Positions 1 to 11,810 of a stretch of 64,000 nucleotides of DNA are shown here, piece after piece. The notes beneath the pieces were generated by a model that was not told where the DNA came from, did not search any database, and worked only from the letters and a program-made list of their open reading frames with translations. Source of the stretch: Octopus bimaculoides (Eukaryota); the NCBI RefSeq assembly GCF_001194135.2, contig NC_068988.1:34704633-34768632 (forward strand). Reading direction: 5' to 3'. Position 1 is the first letter of the stretch. Each line of letters starts with the position of its first letter. The translations under genes were made by a program, and so were the position numbers.

Positions 1-173
1 TAAAAGCACCTACTACACTCTCTGAGTGGTTGGCGTTAGGAAGGGCATCCAGCTGTAAAAACTCTGCCAAATTTAGATTGGTGCCTGGTGTTGCCATCCG
101 GTTTCACCAGTCCTCAGTCAAATCGTCCAACCCATGCTAGCATGGAAAGCGGACGTTAAACGATGATGATGAT
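1..173 (+). mobile_element. 3' tail of an RTE-type retroelement or RTE-dependent SINE, cut by the window edge
   Basis: Ends GCATGGAAAGCGGACGTTAAACGATGATGATGAT. It is the reverse complement of the 3' end of the RT-bearing LINE at 1153-1320 and near-identical to 11811-12004. Confidence 0.85.
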
Positions 174-779
174 ATATATTATAGGAAGGAGAATTACATA
201 TTGATAAAATCATTGATTGAATAATTTTATATTTGTAAACTTTGGATAACGTCCAACTATTTTACACACACACACACATGCACAGAAAGAGTGAAAGAGA
301 GAAAGAGAGAGACGTGCCAGAGATACTGAAGTAATTTAAGGTCCAGACATTATTCCTGCTTCAGTGCATATTAAACAGTTTCCACTTTCTTTGAAAAATG
401 TGTGTTGCTTTCTGAAATTTTATAACTTTTTGTTCTAGTTAGTTTTTAATTTGTCAATTTTTATATGTATTGTTTCTTAATCTTCCCATATGTCTTCCAA
501 TGAAAGTAATAAATTTTTAAGGAATAGAAATCAAGCATTGAGAAATTGAATAGCGATGAGAAAGTATTGAGGAGTGGGGTGAAGGGTGGGATCTCCCTAT
601 CTCTAACAAAAAACCCAATCTTAATAGAAAAGCGAAATCAGATATGTTCCTAGCCTTGCATGCTGTCAGGTTAAAATCTGCAGCTGTTGCATTGCTGTAC
701 ACTTACAAACAATAAGTCAGCATATTTTAGCCATTACTACTGGAAGTTAATGTATATGTGCATGCCACACTTTGTTTGT

Positions 780-795
780 GTGTGAGTCTTTGGTG

Positions 796-830
<35 letters not shown>

Positions 831-853
831 GTGTGTGTGTATACACATGAATG

Positions 854-917
<64 letters not shown>

Positions 918-1010
918 TGCACATATATGTCTGTATAATATGTACACATACACACATATGCATGTGTATATGTGCATATGTGTATATACATATATCTATG
1001 TTTAAGTAGG
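780..1010. repeat. Compound (TA)n/(CA)n/(TG)n microsatellite
   Basis: Direct reading; it generates the YIYI/HTHT pseudo-ORFs. Confidence 0.95.
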
Positions 1011-1320
1011 TATGTATATGACTTTGAGCATGTTGATGTGTCATATGTACTATACTATATCATTCCCAATTTATTTTTATATTTTTCTCATCATACATCC
1101 GAATGTATATACAAAATATGTGTTTTGATATATGTGCATTATATATATATATATCATCATCATTGTCGTTTAACGTCCGCTTTCCATGCTGGCTTGGGTT
1201 GGACAATTTGACTGAAGGCTAGCGAGCCAGAAGGCTGTACCAGGCTCCAATCCGATCTGGTAATGTTTCTACAGCTGGATGCCCTTCCTAATGCGAACCA
1301 CTCCAAGAGTGTAGTGATAG

Positions 1321-1548
1321 CTTTTCATGTGCCACCGGCACAGGAGCAGTCGGCCAGCACTGGCATTGGCCATGCATGAATGGTGCTTTTTACGTAGCAC
1401 TGGCACAGGAGCCAGTCAGGCGGCTCTGGCAGCAATCACACTTGAATGGTGCTTTCTACGTGACACCGGCACGAGACCAGTCAGGCGACACTGGCATTGA
1501 CCACGCTCGAATGGTGCTTTCTATGTTCCACCAGCACAGGTGCCAATC
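1321..1548. repeat. About 65-bp tandem repeat (3 full units and 1 partial) in the LINE 3'UTR
   Basis: Units start at 1321, 1386, 1452 and 1517 with CTTT(T/C); full units end GAATGGTG and share a (C/T)GGCAC core. Confidence 0.85.
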
Positions 1549-2003
1549 GTGCGGCGATGACAACGACTTCACTTGCCTCAACAGGTCTTTAAAAGCGTAG
1601 TTTATTGCCCAATGATTGAAGAGTAGTCTTAAATGGGCTGGTTATGCTGCACTGGCATAGGCCATGCTTATGGTCTCACTTGGCTTGCAGGGTTTTCTCA
1701 AGCACAGCATATCTCCAAAGGTCTTGGTCAATTGTCATTGCCTCGGTGATGCCCAACATTTGAAGGTTGTGCTTCGATACCTCATCCCAATCTTCCTGGG
1801 TCTACTTCTTCCACTCCAAATCTGATGCTTCTTATATCCAACTCTTCTCTCAGGGCACTTACACTCTGTCACATATGTACACTGACATTACACATCCAGT
1901 GGAGCATACTAGCTTCATTCCTTGCAAGCTTACGAATGTCCTCAGCAGCCACGGCCCATGTTTTTCACCCTGTAATATGACGGAAACTGTTTTCTGCACA
2001 TTT

Positions 2004-2934
2004 TCAGTGTTTACTGCCCCTAGCATTTTCAACACTCAAAAACGCTATCTTCCCAGTTAGCCTTCCTTTGATATTGCTGCACCTCTTATGTGTCCATAGC
2101 TTACACCAAGTACATCTTATGGAGTTTCTACCTTCGCCTTTTCTACAGGTCAAGCAGGGCCATCTACCTGAAGGGATTTGTGGTTTGTCTGCCTTCCTAC
2201 TTATTAAGACTTTGGTTTTTGCTAGATTGACTCTAAGGCCCTTCGATTCTAGACATTGCTTCCACACCTGAAACTTCTCTAGTTCTGATAGTGACTCAGC
2301 TATTAGGGCAAGGTGATCAGCATAGAGGAGCTCCCAGGGGCATCCTGTCTTGAATTGCTCTGTTATTGCTTGGAGGACTATGATGAATAAGAGAGGGCTG
2401 AGGACTGATCCTTAGTGGACCCCTACTCCTACCCGGAATTCTTCACTGTACTTATTGCCAACCCTCATGCTACTGACAGGATCCCTGTACAGATAAGGGA
2501 TTGGGAACCCTGTCAAAGGCTTTCTCCATGTCAAAAGCCAGGTACAGAGATTTATTGTTGGCTAGGTATTTCTCCTGTAGCTGTCTTACCAGAAATATAG
2601 CATCCGTGGTGTTTTCTCACTGATAATCTCCCTAATGCCATTGGGAGATATTTCCCAAACTGACTATCTTCCTAATTAGTTGGGCTGTGACCTTCTTCAT
2701 GACTTTCATTACCTGATTCAGTAACTTGATAGCTCTGTAATTATTCATATCTAATGCATCACCTTTACCTTTGTAACAGTTGACTATGGTGCTGCTACAC
2801 CACTCATTGGATATGACTCCTTCATGTATCACCTGGTTGACAATACAGTTGACTTGGCTATATCCGACACTGCCAGATATTTTGAGCATCTCTGCGTCGA
2901 TTCCTGATGGGCCAGAGACTTTCCTTGTCTTCAT
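2004..2934 (-). pseudogene. Disrupted reverse transcriptase of the RTE element
   Basis: ORF pieces 2632-2934 and 2004-2267 joined by frameshifted RT motifs. The catalytic YADD reads YADH at about 2313-2324. Confidence 0.9.
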
Positions 2935-2960
2935 ACACTTAATTGCTTTATTTACTTATA

Positions 2961-2993
<33 letters not shown>

Positions 2994-3020
2994 GTATTTT
3001 TATATTTCTATGCACAAACA

Positions 3021-3108
<88 letters not shown>

Positions 3109-3360
3109 NNNNNNNNNNNNNNNNNNNNNNNNNNNNNNNNNNNNNNNNNNNNNNNNNNNNNNNNNNNNNNNNNNNNNNNNNNNNNNNNNNNNNNNNNNNN
3201 NNNNNNNNNNNNNNNNNNNNNNNNNNNNNNNNNNNNNNNNNNNNNNNNNNNNNNNNNNNNNNNNNNNNNNNNNNNNNNNNNNNNNNNNNNNNNNNNNNNN
3301 NNNNNNNNNNNNNNNNNNNNNNNNNNNNNNNNNNNNNNNNNNNNNNNNNNNNNNNNNNNN
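3109..3360. other. Assembly gap inside a (TA)n microsatellite
   Basis: Run of N flanked by TA repeats. Confidence 1.
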
Positions 3361-3402
<42 letters not shown>

Positions 3403-4268
3403 TGTAATATGTGTGTGTATGCTCTTGTGTATATGAATACACTAGTATATCTATGACTAACTATAGTTACACAATTCCTTTATTCTTTTAGCGTGTGCAT
3501 ATGCAAAATTTACATAATCACACTTGTGTATGGTGAATACAAATAATCACACTGTTCGCACATGCATAAACATGCACACACACGCACATACACATGGGTT
3601 CATCTCAATAAATCATACACACATGAATTTCAGTTTCACACATTTTTTTCATCATTTTTCCATTTTTATTTTATTCTATTTTACTTGATTCTGATTTTAC
3701 CATGTTAACTTTCCAGTCTCCCCACCTTCCTCTTTCTTTCTTTTTCAATTCTCTTATATTACTATCTTATTTGAGTTATTTTTTTGTTTTTAAAGCTTTT
3801 TTTGGTTTTATTTCTTTCTTCTGAAAATTTTCACAGCACTTGTTTTCTGCTCATGCTTTGTTTTGTTTCTTTTTGTTTTGTTAATTCCCATATGTCTATA
3901 CTTGAAATCATATTTGTCATTCCTTTAAATGCTTCTTTAGAAATCGGAAATCTATTACAGGAAACTTTTCATCACCACCACCAATACTACTGCTGCTACT
4001 GCTGCTACTACTGCTACTGCTACTACTACTAGTACTCTTTATTTAAAAAGGAACAATTTTTTTGACACACTTGTTATTTTTATTCTCATTGACCAATATA
4101 TTTTTTTCACCCTCCTGTGATTCAATAGGCTGATGTGAAAACAATGTATGAAGTCACTTTGTGTTCTCCCAACCCATTTAGAAGTGTACGGCAAAATCTC
4201 CTTTAAATCACATTCCCTGCTCTCCTAGATACACTATACTAGAAAAAAGAATAGTAAATAATTAAACA

Positions 4269-4692
4269 GGTGTAGGCATGGCTGTGTGGTTAAGAACTTC
4301 AGTTTGCGACCACGTGGTTTGAGGTTCACTTCCAGTGTGTGGCACCTTGGCCAATCTTCTATTATGGTCCCGGGCCCACCTATGCCTTGTTTAGATATTT
4401 GGTTGATAGAAACTGTGTAGGTAGCCCATCGTGCATGTGTGTGTTTATATATATATATATATATATGTTCATGTGTGTATGAGTGTGTGGGCCTTTGTGT
4501 TTGTTGTCCCCTCCACCACTTGACAACCAGTGTTGGTATGATTATATCCCTATAAGTTAGCAATTCAGTAAAAGTGACTGATAGAAGTATAAAACTAAAA
4601 ATAAGTACTAGGGTCTATTTGTTCAAATAAACCCTTCAAGGTGGTGCCCCAGGTTGGCCACAATCCAATGATTGAAACAAGTAAATGTAAAA
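4269..4692 (+). mobile_element. tRNA-derived SINE, family A1
   Basis: Head GGCATGGCTGTGTGGTTAAGAA...GGTTCACTTCC...GGCACCTTGG, an internal microsatellite, and a tail CCCTTCAAGGTGGTGCCCCAG...GAAACAAGTAAA. The same layout recurs at 5621, 9006, 14730 and 49255. Confidence 0.85.
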
Positions 4693-5620
4693 ACAAAAAG
4701 TAAAAATAAGCAAAAACGGTAGTTAAAACTGGAGTGCTTGTAATCATGTCTGCTTAGATATAGCCAACCCAAGCACTTAACAACAACAATGATAGTAACA
4801 GCTCAAGTTCTCTCTCTTGATTGTTTACCTCCACTACAAAAACTGTCTTCTCTCAAAAATCAACATCTTCATCATCGTCATTGTAAAAACATTAGTGCTG
4901 TCTTAAGACATAGACACACTAGGCAGTTGCCCAAGACCTTCATGGGTTTAAGGTCTCAGTTTTAATCTATATATGTTGTGGCTTGTTGCCATTGAATAAA
5001 TGCTATTGGACCTAGTGCAACAGTTTACCCAAAGGCCTAAAATGACACCAGCTCAAAGTATTTAGGTTATGTTCCTTTTATGTTCTGATTCTGAATCTAT
5101 CTGTCAACAAGTTTGTCATTGGTTCATATCTTTATGTGGGAGATGAATGGGCGTTGAGTGGGGTGGTGGGCAAGAAAATACCAGTAATTTACTTGTCCTT
5201 GATTTGTTTCAATATGCACTATTAAAAGTGTTCTCCCTCTCTACATTCTTTAGGTGATTTCTGGTGAGAAGGCTATAAACCTATGCTGAATCAATAACCA
5301 TTCAGTTTCGTTTTGGGTCTTACTCTTCTCAGCCAGTGCTTCCAATTTCACCCAAGTGGAGATCGGTATTTGCCATGTAGGAACTTTCTTACCATCTCAT
5401 GAGCATGGCATTCTGTAGCCAACTTTTTAGCTAAGATTTAATCTCTTGTCACAATGTCTGTTGTTGTTTCTCCTTTCATCTCTTAACTGTCTTGCATTTC
5501 AACTCGGCTTTTGTATTTGTTGGTCTTCCATGTAGATAGAGGACAATTGTTTTTTCATTTATATGTGTTTGTGCTTTACAGCTTTGTTTTATTTTAGTTA
5601 TTGGTATTCCAATATTCATT

Positions 5621-6007
5621 ATCTTTTATCTTTTACTTGCATCAGCCATTGGTCTGTGGCCATACCGGAGCACTTCGTCGAAAGGTTTTAGTCAAACAAA
5701 TCGATGCCAGTACTTATTTTTTAAGCTTGATACTTATATACTTATTCTATTGACCTCTTTTGCTGAACTGCTTGGCTACTGAGATGAAAACAAACTGACA
5801 CTGGTTGTTGATCAGTGATGTGGGACAAGCACCACACAAATACACACACATGACAAGCTTCTTTCAGTTTCCATCTACCAAATATTTCTTAAAGGCTTTG
5901 ATTGGCTTGAGGCTATACTAGAAGACACTTTCCAAGGTGCCATGTAGTGGTACTGAACCAGAGACCACATGATTAGGAAGCAAGCTTCTCAACCTCATAG
6001 CCACACC
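5621..6007 (-). mobile_element. SINE family A1
   Basis: Reverse-complement homology to 4269-4692; starts ATCTTTTATCTTTTACTTG. Confidence 0.85.
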
Positions 6008-6443
6008 ATTAATAGATTTTTTTTTTTACATTCCTACAGTGAATAGCTTCCAATTTGCATAAAACCTCTAACTTTCCTCCATTCTTGATAAACACAATCT
6101 TTCTATCACGGATTATGGATGACGTAGTCTAAATGCAGTCATTAGTCATTATCTTTATTGTTTTTTTTTTTTTAATTTCTTTCTGTCTAGTCTTGCCATT
6201 TCGATTAGCACTGTTCAGCATTCTGTCTAGTCTTTCTAGTTCGTTAAGTATCAGTTGAGAATATTATAACTATAAATTATTACGGGGACTGCTTGTGTAT
6301 TATTGGTGCCTATTAGCTTGTATTGTATGTTTTTGTTTTTGCATTTAGCTCTGTTACATATCTCAATCCAATATGTCTGTAATATTCCATCCTTTAATTT
6401 TTGTGTTACACCTTGTCTATTTCACTGATTCCTGAGTGTTTGT

Positions 6444-6585
6444 ATGCTTAGCAGCGTTTTTCCAATCATTATGTTCTGAGTTCAAATTCTGCTGAGCTTG
6501 GCTTTACCTTTGTAATTGATTAGTCCCCTCCTTCACAATTTCAGGCTTTGTACCTATAGTAGAAAAGATTATTATTATTGTTATT
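6444..6585 (+). mobile_element. tRNA-derived SINE family B, internally deleted, (ATT)n tail
   Basis: GTTCTGAGTTCAAATTCTGCTGAG B-box-like head, then ATTTCAGGCTTTGTACCTATAGTAGAAAAGATTATTATT. Confidence 0.8.
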
Positions 6586-6589
6586 ATTG

Positions 6590-6785
6590 TTGTTGCCTTT
6601 GCACAGCTTCTAACACTGGACATGTACTAAAGTGTCAGCTGTTCTGTACCAGTAAACTAAGGTAATACCTCTTATTTTTCGAGCACCTGCTGGAGTATTT
6701 GAGCCGTTCCAAGCAGTGCTGTTTTCTGCAAGTGCTCCTCCCTTATTGCAGCCCCTGTTTGTTCTATGTACTTCTCGAGATTTTT
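6590..6785 (-). mobile_element. 3' end of an R4/Dong-like (RLE) non-LTR retrotransposon
   Basis: Minus strand 6785-6672 translates KNLEKYIEQTGAAIREEHLQKTALLGTAQILQQVLEK*. This matches the LQK.ALLGTA.IL C-terminus typical of R4-clade ORFs and is followed by a short UTR and a TAA/CAA tail. Confidence 0.8.
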
Positions 6786-6859
6786 GCCACTTTCAGGCCT
6801 TGTGGCTACAGTAGAAAAAATTATTTGGTGGATTGGTAGTGTTGTTAGTGTTGGTGTGC

Positions 6860-7035
6860 ATTCTGATTTTGTTCATTCTGAGTTCAGATCCCACAGTGGT
6901 CAGCTTGACCTGTCATTATTTCGAGCTTGATAAAATAAAGTACAAAATAATTACCGGGTTAATATAATCAACTAATGCTGCCAACTACCTGTAAAATTTC
7001 TGGCTTTGTGTCAAAATTTAAAATTGTTGTTGTTG
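6860..7035 (+). mobile_element. SINE family B, degenerate
   Basis: TTCTGAGTTCAGATCCCAC...GATAAAATAAAGTAC...AAATTTCTGGCTTTGTG, matching other B copies. Confidence 0.7.
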
Positions 7036-7067
7036 TTTTGCCCCAATGTCTATGAAGAAAAATTATG

Positions 7068-7096
7068 TTTCTTTGTTTTTCTCTTTGCAGGTAAGT
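7068..7096 (+). promoter_or_regulatory. Candidate recursive splice site (3'SS directly followed by 5'SS)
   Basis: TTTCTTTGTTTTTCTCTTTGCAG|GTAAGT, with 18 of 19 pyrimidines at 7068-7086 and no other AG for 31 nt upstream. No transcript evidence is available. Confidence 0.55.
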
Positions 7097-9005
7097 CTAT
7101 ATCAGCTTTGAAAAAATAAACTGGATACACAATACATTTTATTTTTAACAAATTCCTGCTTTGAGCATTTTTTCTTTGTCAATGGTAAGAAAGTTAATCA
7201 ACATAACATTACTTTTCATTTCTATATTTCATCTTCATTTTCTTAGGATATTTTATTCTTGTTTTCATCATGATTTTGTGTATTTTGATTTTTTTCCTCC
7301 CACTATTTTTACACATAAGACTTGAGTCCATGATTAGATTAGTGACATATCTAAATATTAAAAAAAGTTATTTATTACTTTACACAAAACACAAGGTAAG
7401 AATATTCATCCGTCATGCTACTTCCCATTATGACAAATCTTTAATATGTTGACATATAATGAGCAGAAGCATTAACTAATGATAGGGATGGAGATTAAAA
7501 CTAGTCACTCAAAGTTGATAGGGTAGATTAAAAACTGTGACATTGTTACTCTTTCCAAAATTATTTGCAAAAGTCTTTGGGATACCTGTCTTCTGGAAAT
7601 TGAGCTTTAGTTACAAACTTAGTTTGATAGAAGCTTCCCTATATTACAATATTTGACAGAAAACACACACAGAAGCACTCCAACTCTCTCTTTCACGTGT
7701 GTGCGCCCCCCCAAAAACCTGGTAAAGCAGTGCACAAGATATCATTTGTGCGTATGTGTTTGTACATACATGTACAGTATAATTACCAATTAAAGATGTG
7801 ATTTTCTCTGTTCTTATTCTTGTTGTTTTATACTCTGAATTTCTTGAAATTCTTCGAAGAGATATTTGAAGTTACTTGTCATACATGAAGAATTACCTTA
7901 GATGTTAATTCTACTTGCATTTATTGGTATTTGATTGATTGATATAGTTAACCACATTTACTTAACACTGTGTGTTTTTTTGCTATCTGCCTGGGTTTAT
8001 TAATCCTTCTTACTTCTTCTATGTGTACATATACATATGTGTGTGTGTGTGTACATAGGAAAAAAAAAAAACATTCAGCAGATGTCGTGGGGGGTCAAAT
8101 ATTTGTATTGATGTTGACCTAAGTATATACTGAGTCAAACTGTTAATACAAATACACATGTATGCAACATGCACACACATGACGGACTTCTTAAATGTTC
8201 CAGCATACCAGCTTCCATTCACGAGGAATCAGTCAATCAGTGGCTATATCAGAAGAAACTTGCACATGGTCTTGACACAGTGGGATCAGACTCATAACTT
8301 TTTGGTTATGATGCAAAACTTCTTAAGCAGACAACCATGCCTCTATGAATTCCACCCACAGATAAGGTATCTGTCTACACCAGCACATGTATGACTATAG
8401 GAACATCGTGAGATTTGTGAAGCAATTCTGTGAAGCAGATATTTGTGATATTTAAATTTGAAATGAGTGGCTCACTCTCAGTAAATACCTCGTATGCTAA
8501 TAGCAATTACAAGAGCCAAAGCCACATAAATACCCACTAAACAGCATTACAGCTTACAAATAATAGTAATTTAACATTACAAAATTCACTTTTCTATCAG
8601 ATTGAATCAACACTTAATGTTTTTGAAATTACCTCCCCTTTGAGAATCTTTGACAGTTGCCATTACTTTTCCTGTTTTCTTTTTTTCCTCCCTTTGTTTG
8701 TTGTTTGCTTTCTCCAACAAAAAGGTAAATGTCTTCGTTAAGGAAAGTATTTTACTTAAATCATTAAGTATATCACCTACTTAACATTACATTAGTTGTC
8801 TGTGACATTAGTCATTATTTAAAATATATCTCATGTGAAGCTTTCTTTTCATAATTAAAAATGTAAGAAAGTAATTTCTCATTCCATTGATCATCTTTAG
8901 AGATGGAAAATGCTTTAATATTTATACCTGCACTATATTTCAATTGGTTTGATGACCAATCATTATTGTGTGTCACAATCATGGATTTGTACATAGCACC
9001 AGACT

Positions 9006-9410
9006 TATCTTTTATTTACCTTTCAACTTTTACCTGTTTCGACCATTTGGCTGTAGCCATGGTGGGGCACCGTGTTGAAGGGTTTTAGTCAAATAAATCA
9101 ACCCAAGTACTTATATTTTGAAGTTTGGCTCTTATTCTCTTTGTCACTTTTGTCAAACTTAAAATTAGGAGGATGTATGCAAACCAACACTGGTCAAGCT
9201 GATGAGGTTCACACACACACACACATGCGTGCACACGCACCCACTCACACACACACACACACACACGATAGACTTCTTTATTTTACATCTATCACAAGTC
9301 TTTGGTCAGCCCAGGCTTGTAGAAGATTCAATGTTCCATGCAGTGGGATTGAACCCAAAACTATGTGGTTTGGAAGCAAACTCCTTACTACACAGACATG
9401 CTGATGCCTA
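9006..9410 (-). mobile_element. SINE family A1
   Basis: Reverse-complement homology to 4269-4692 with an internal (CA)n. Confidence 0.8.
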
Positions 9411-9530
9411 TTTCTAAAGTATCAGTGGCCTAATGGGTAAGAATGATTATTACCATTAATTTAGAAATAAAGTTTTCTAGTTTCAAATCCAGTCAAGACA
9501 CTATCAGACTAACTGAAACATAGTATAGAT

Positions 9531-9700
9531 CATCATCATCATTTAACATCCATGTTCCATGCTGTCATGGCTTGGACAGTTTGACAGGATCTAATGTTTC
9601 CAAGGACTGCATCAAGCTCCAATGTCTGCTCTGGCATGGTTTTTATGGCTGGATGCCTTTTCTAGTGGAGTGGGTGCTTTTTTCATGCCACCTGCACTGT
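9531..9700 (-). mobile_element. RTE-type 3' tail fragment, diverged
   Basis: CATCATCATCATTTAACATCCATGTTCCATGCTGTCATGG...GGCTGGATGCC. Confidence 0.75.
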
Positions 9701-11810
9701 TCAGGTCACCAAGTCGTTCACAAAACTATGAGCCCTGGGTGGGGGTGGAGGGGTTAACTTCATGCTAGGGTACAAGCAGATTACTATGGGGTGGGGACAG
9801 AGAATACTCCTGTAGAGGGATCTGCATGACTACACACATCTAGTGGGGGAAAGAGTGGAGGAGAAAGAAAAAGTGATTAGGATGACATCTGATGCCATTC
9901 AGGCATTCCACTTTCCGAAACAACATTTAGATATAAATATTATTAAACAATGTTTTTCACTTCTATAGATGAGGTTAATAGCATGGAAAATGATAATCTT
10001 ATTAACTACGACTCATTTCAGACATTTTGACATTTATGTAACAGTGGAATATATGATTTTGTCTTTACATGTGACTAGTTTACAGAACCTAACACATATA
10101 TTATGAATCATACACAACTCTTTAAAGGCGCCTGACAATGCATCTTCAAAACAGTGTCTATATGTGCTCTTTCTTAAGTACATGCCCTCTTTGAATATAT
10201 ATAAAATTTAGATGAAAATATATCGTAGAAGTAAGTCATTGTTAAAATTCTTCCTCAAATATTTAAGTACTAATCCAAAGAAAATAATGTTGTGTTGTTT
10301 TTTTCCTTTGTTAGTATTATGTCTGTTTTTCTATACTAGCAGAGGTTTGAGGAATACTTGAATACTTATAATGAGGCATTGTTTTTTCTGTCAGATGCTT
10401 TCTTGCCACTGACTCTCTACCTTTCACTTAGCTTTGAAAGTGCAAGTTTAGAGGCTGATATGTTGACAAAGAATGTGAATGACACCACCATTTTTTGCTC
10501 TTTTGCTCAATGCTTTCATGTAAAGATGAAGAATGTTAACATTCATGTACCCCACAGACATACGTTGCTGCATACACACATGCACACACATGATGGGGTG
10601 GGTTCTATCCAGTTTCTATCTACCAATTTCACTCATAAGGTATCAGTAACCTGGAACTACAGTGGAAGACCTCTGCCCAAGTTACCATATGGTTATAAAG
10701 TGAATTCCATATCCACACGGCTATGCCTGTGCCTTGTCTTAATAAAGTTATAGCATGAGGAGAAGAGACAGTATATATAGCCTTTTAGCTATCTAGCTAG
10801 TATGGTTGATCAGGATAATGCTCGACATAAACTTCATCAGGTGGATGCCATTGAGAAAACATAGACAGGTAGGTACACCTTTGTGGTGGTTGTTTTGGTT
10901 TGGAAAAGTCTGAATAAAAAGTTTAGAGTAGAGTTTGGAGTCATAGCTCAGTTAGGATGATGAAAGGGTGAAATGCACTTGAATTAGGTAAGCATGGATG
11001 GGCAAGAGTACCCCACTTTCTATTTTAGAAAGGTAAATCTGTTTGTAGAATCAGAAGAAACAGTAGGGAAGATATTACATTTCAGTATGTTAGTATTTGT
11101 TGTAGGTTAACTAGTGAAGTTTTGCCAATTTGAAATGCACATTGAGTTAATAAATCTCTCATTTGACAACTGACAGCCTAAGCAGATAATCTATAACAGA
11201 TGAGGCCTTAGAATAATATTGTCAGCTTCATGCATGAAGTATAACATAAAATGCTCGCTGAACTGTTATATCATATGATATTTGACACCACAAATGGATC
11301 TTTCATATTCAAAAAATATTGAATGTTCAGCATTGTGTTCCACGCTCAGCAGTCATCTTCAGAAATGAGTGATGCATATTTAAAATACTGATGCAATAAT
11401 AAATAACATTAGTTATTAAGCTAGATACAGCACCATGCTGTGATAAAAATTTGATATCAGGGAAAAAAAGAAAAACACAGCGATTATAATGCCAATGAAA
11501 ATCATTCATTTGGTGTGCTTGTATATAAAGATCGTGTTTATATGCACTGAGATTGACCTGAAGATTCTACTTCATACATGCATTTACCCATGATTGGCAC
11601 ACATCATGACATATACATAAAGGTGTCCACATAGCTTTATTGAAGCATGCACACATAAATATACACACTTGCATGGAAACAGATGTGGGATAGCATCAGG
11701 AAGAGCATTTGACCATAGAAATCTCTGCCTCAATGTAATTTTGTCTGACCCATAGAAGCATGGAAAAGCAGATTAAAATTAAAACAGTAGTAATCTTGAT
11801 GACGACTTAC

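Larger units (their letters stand above)
1153..2950 (-). mobile_element. 5'-truncated, degenerate RTE-clade non-LTR retrotransposon (RT, Cys/His-rich C-terminus, 3'UTR, (GAT)n tail)
   Basis: Minus-strand peptides KVSGPSGIDAEMLK, YKGKGDALDMNNYRAIKLL, TTDAIFLVRQLQEKY, DMEKAFDRVP, GSVLSPLLFIIVLQ, PWELLYADHLALIAE and KGLRVNLAKTK. The ORF ends WRYAVLEKTLQAK* near 1680. The 3'UTR and CAT-repeat tail run to 1153. Confidence 0.93.

Noticed and set aside
727-1044. ORFs rich in YI/HT/CV/SL/ER dipeptides here and throughout the track, including those spanning N runs
   Set aside because: They are translations of di- and trinucleotide microsatellites or assembly gaps, not genes.
11020-11040. TTTTAG|AAAG|GTAAAT and the similar TTCAG|AAAG|GTAAAC near 43742-43754 as 4-nt microexons
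   Set aside because: Weak donors, modest tracts and a frame-shifting length; expected by chance in AT-rich DNA.
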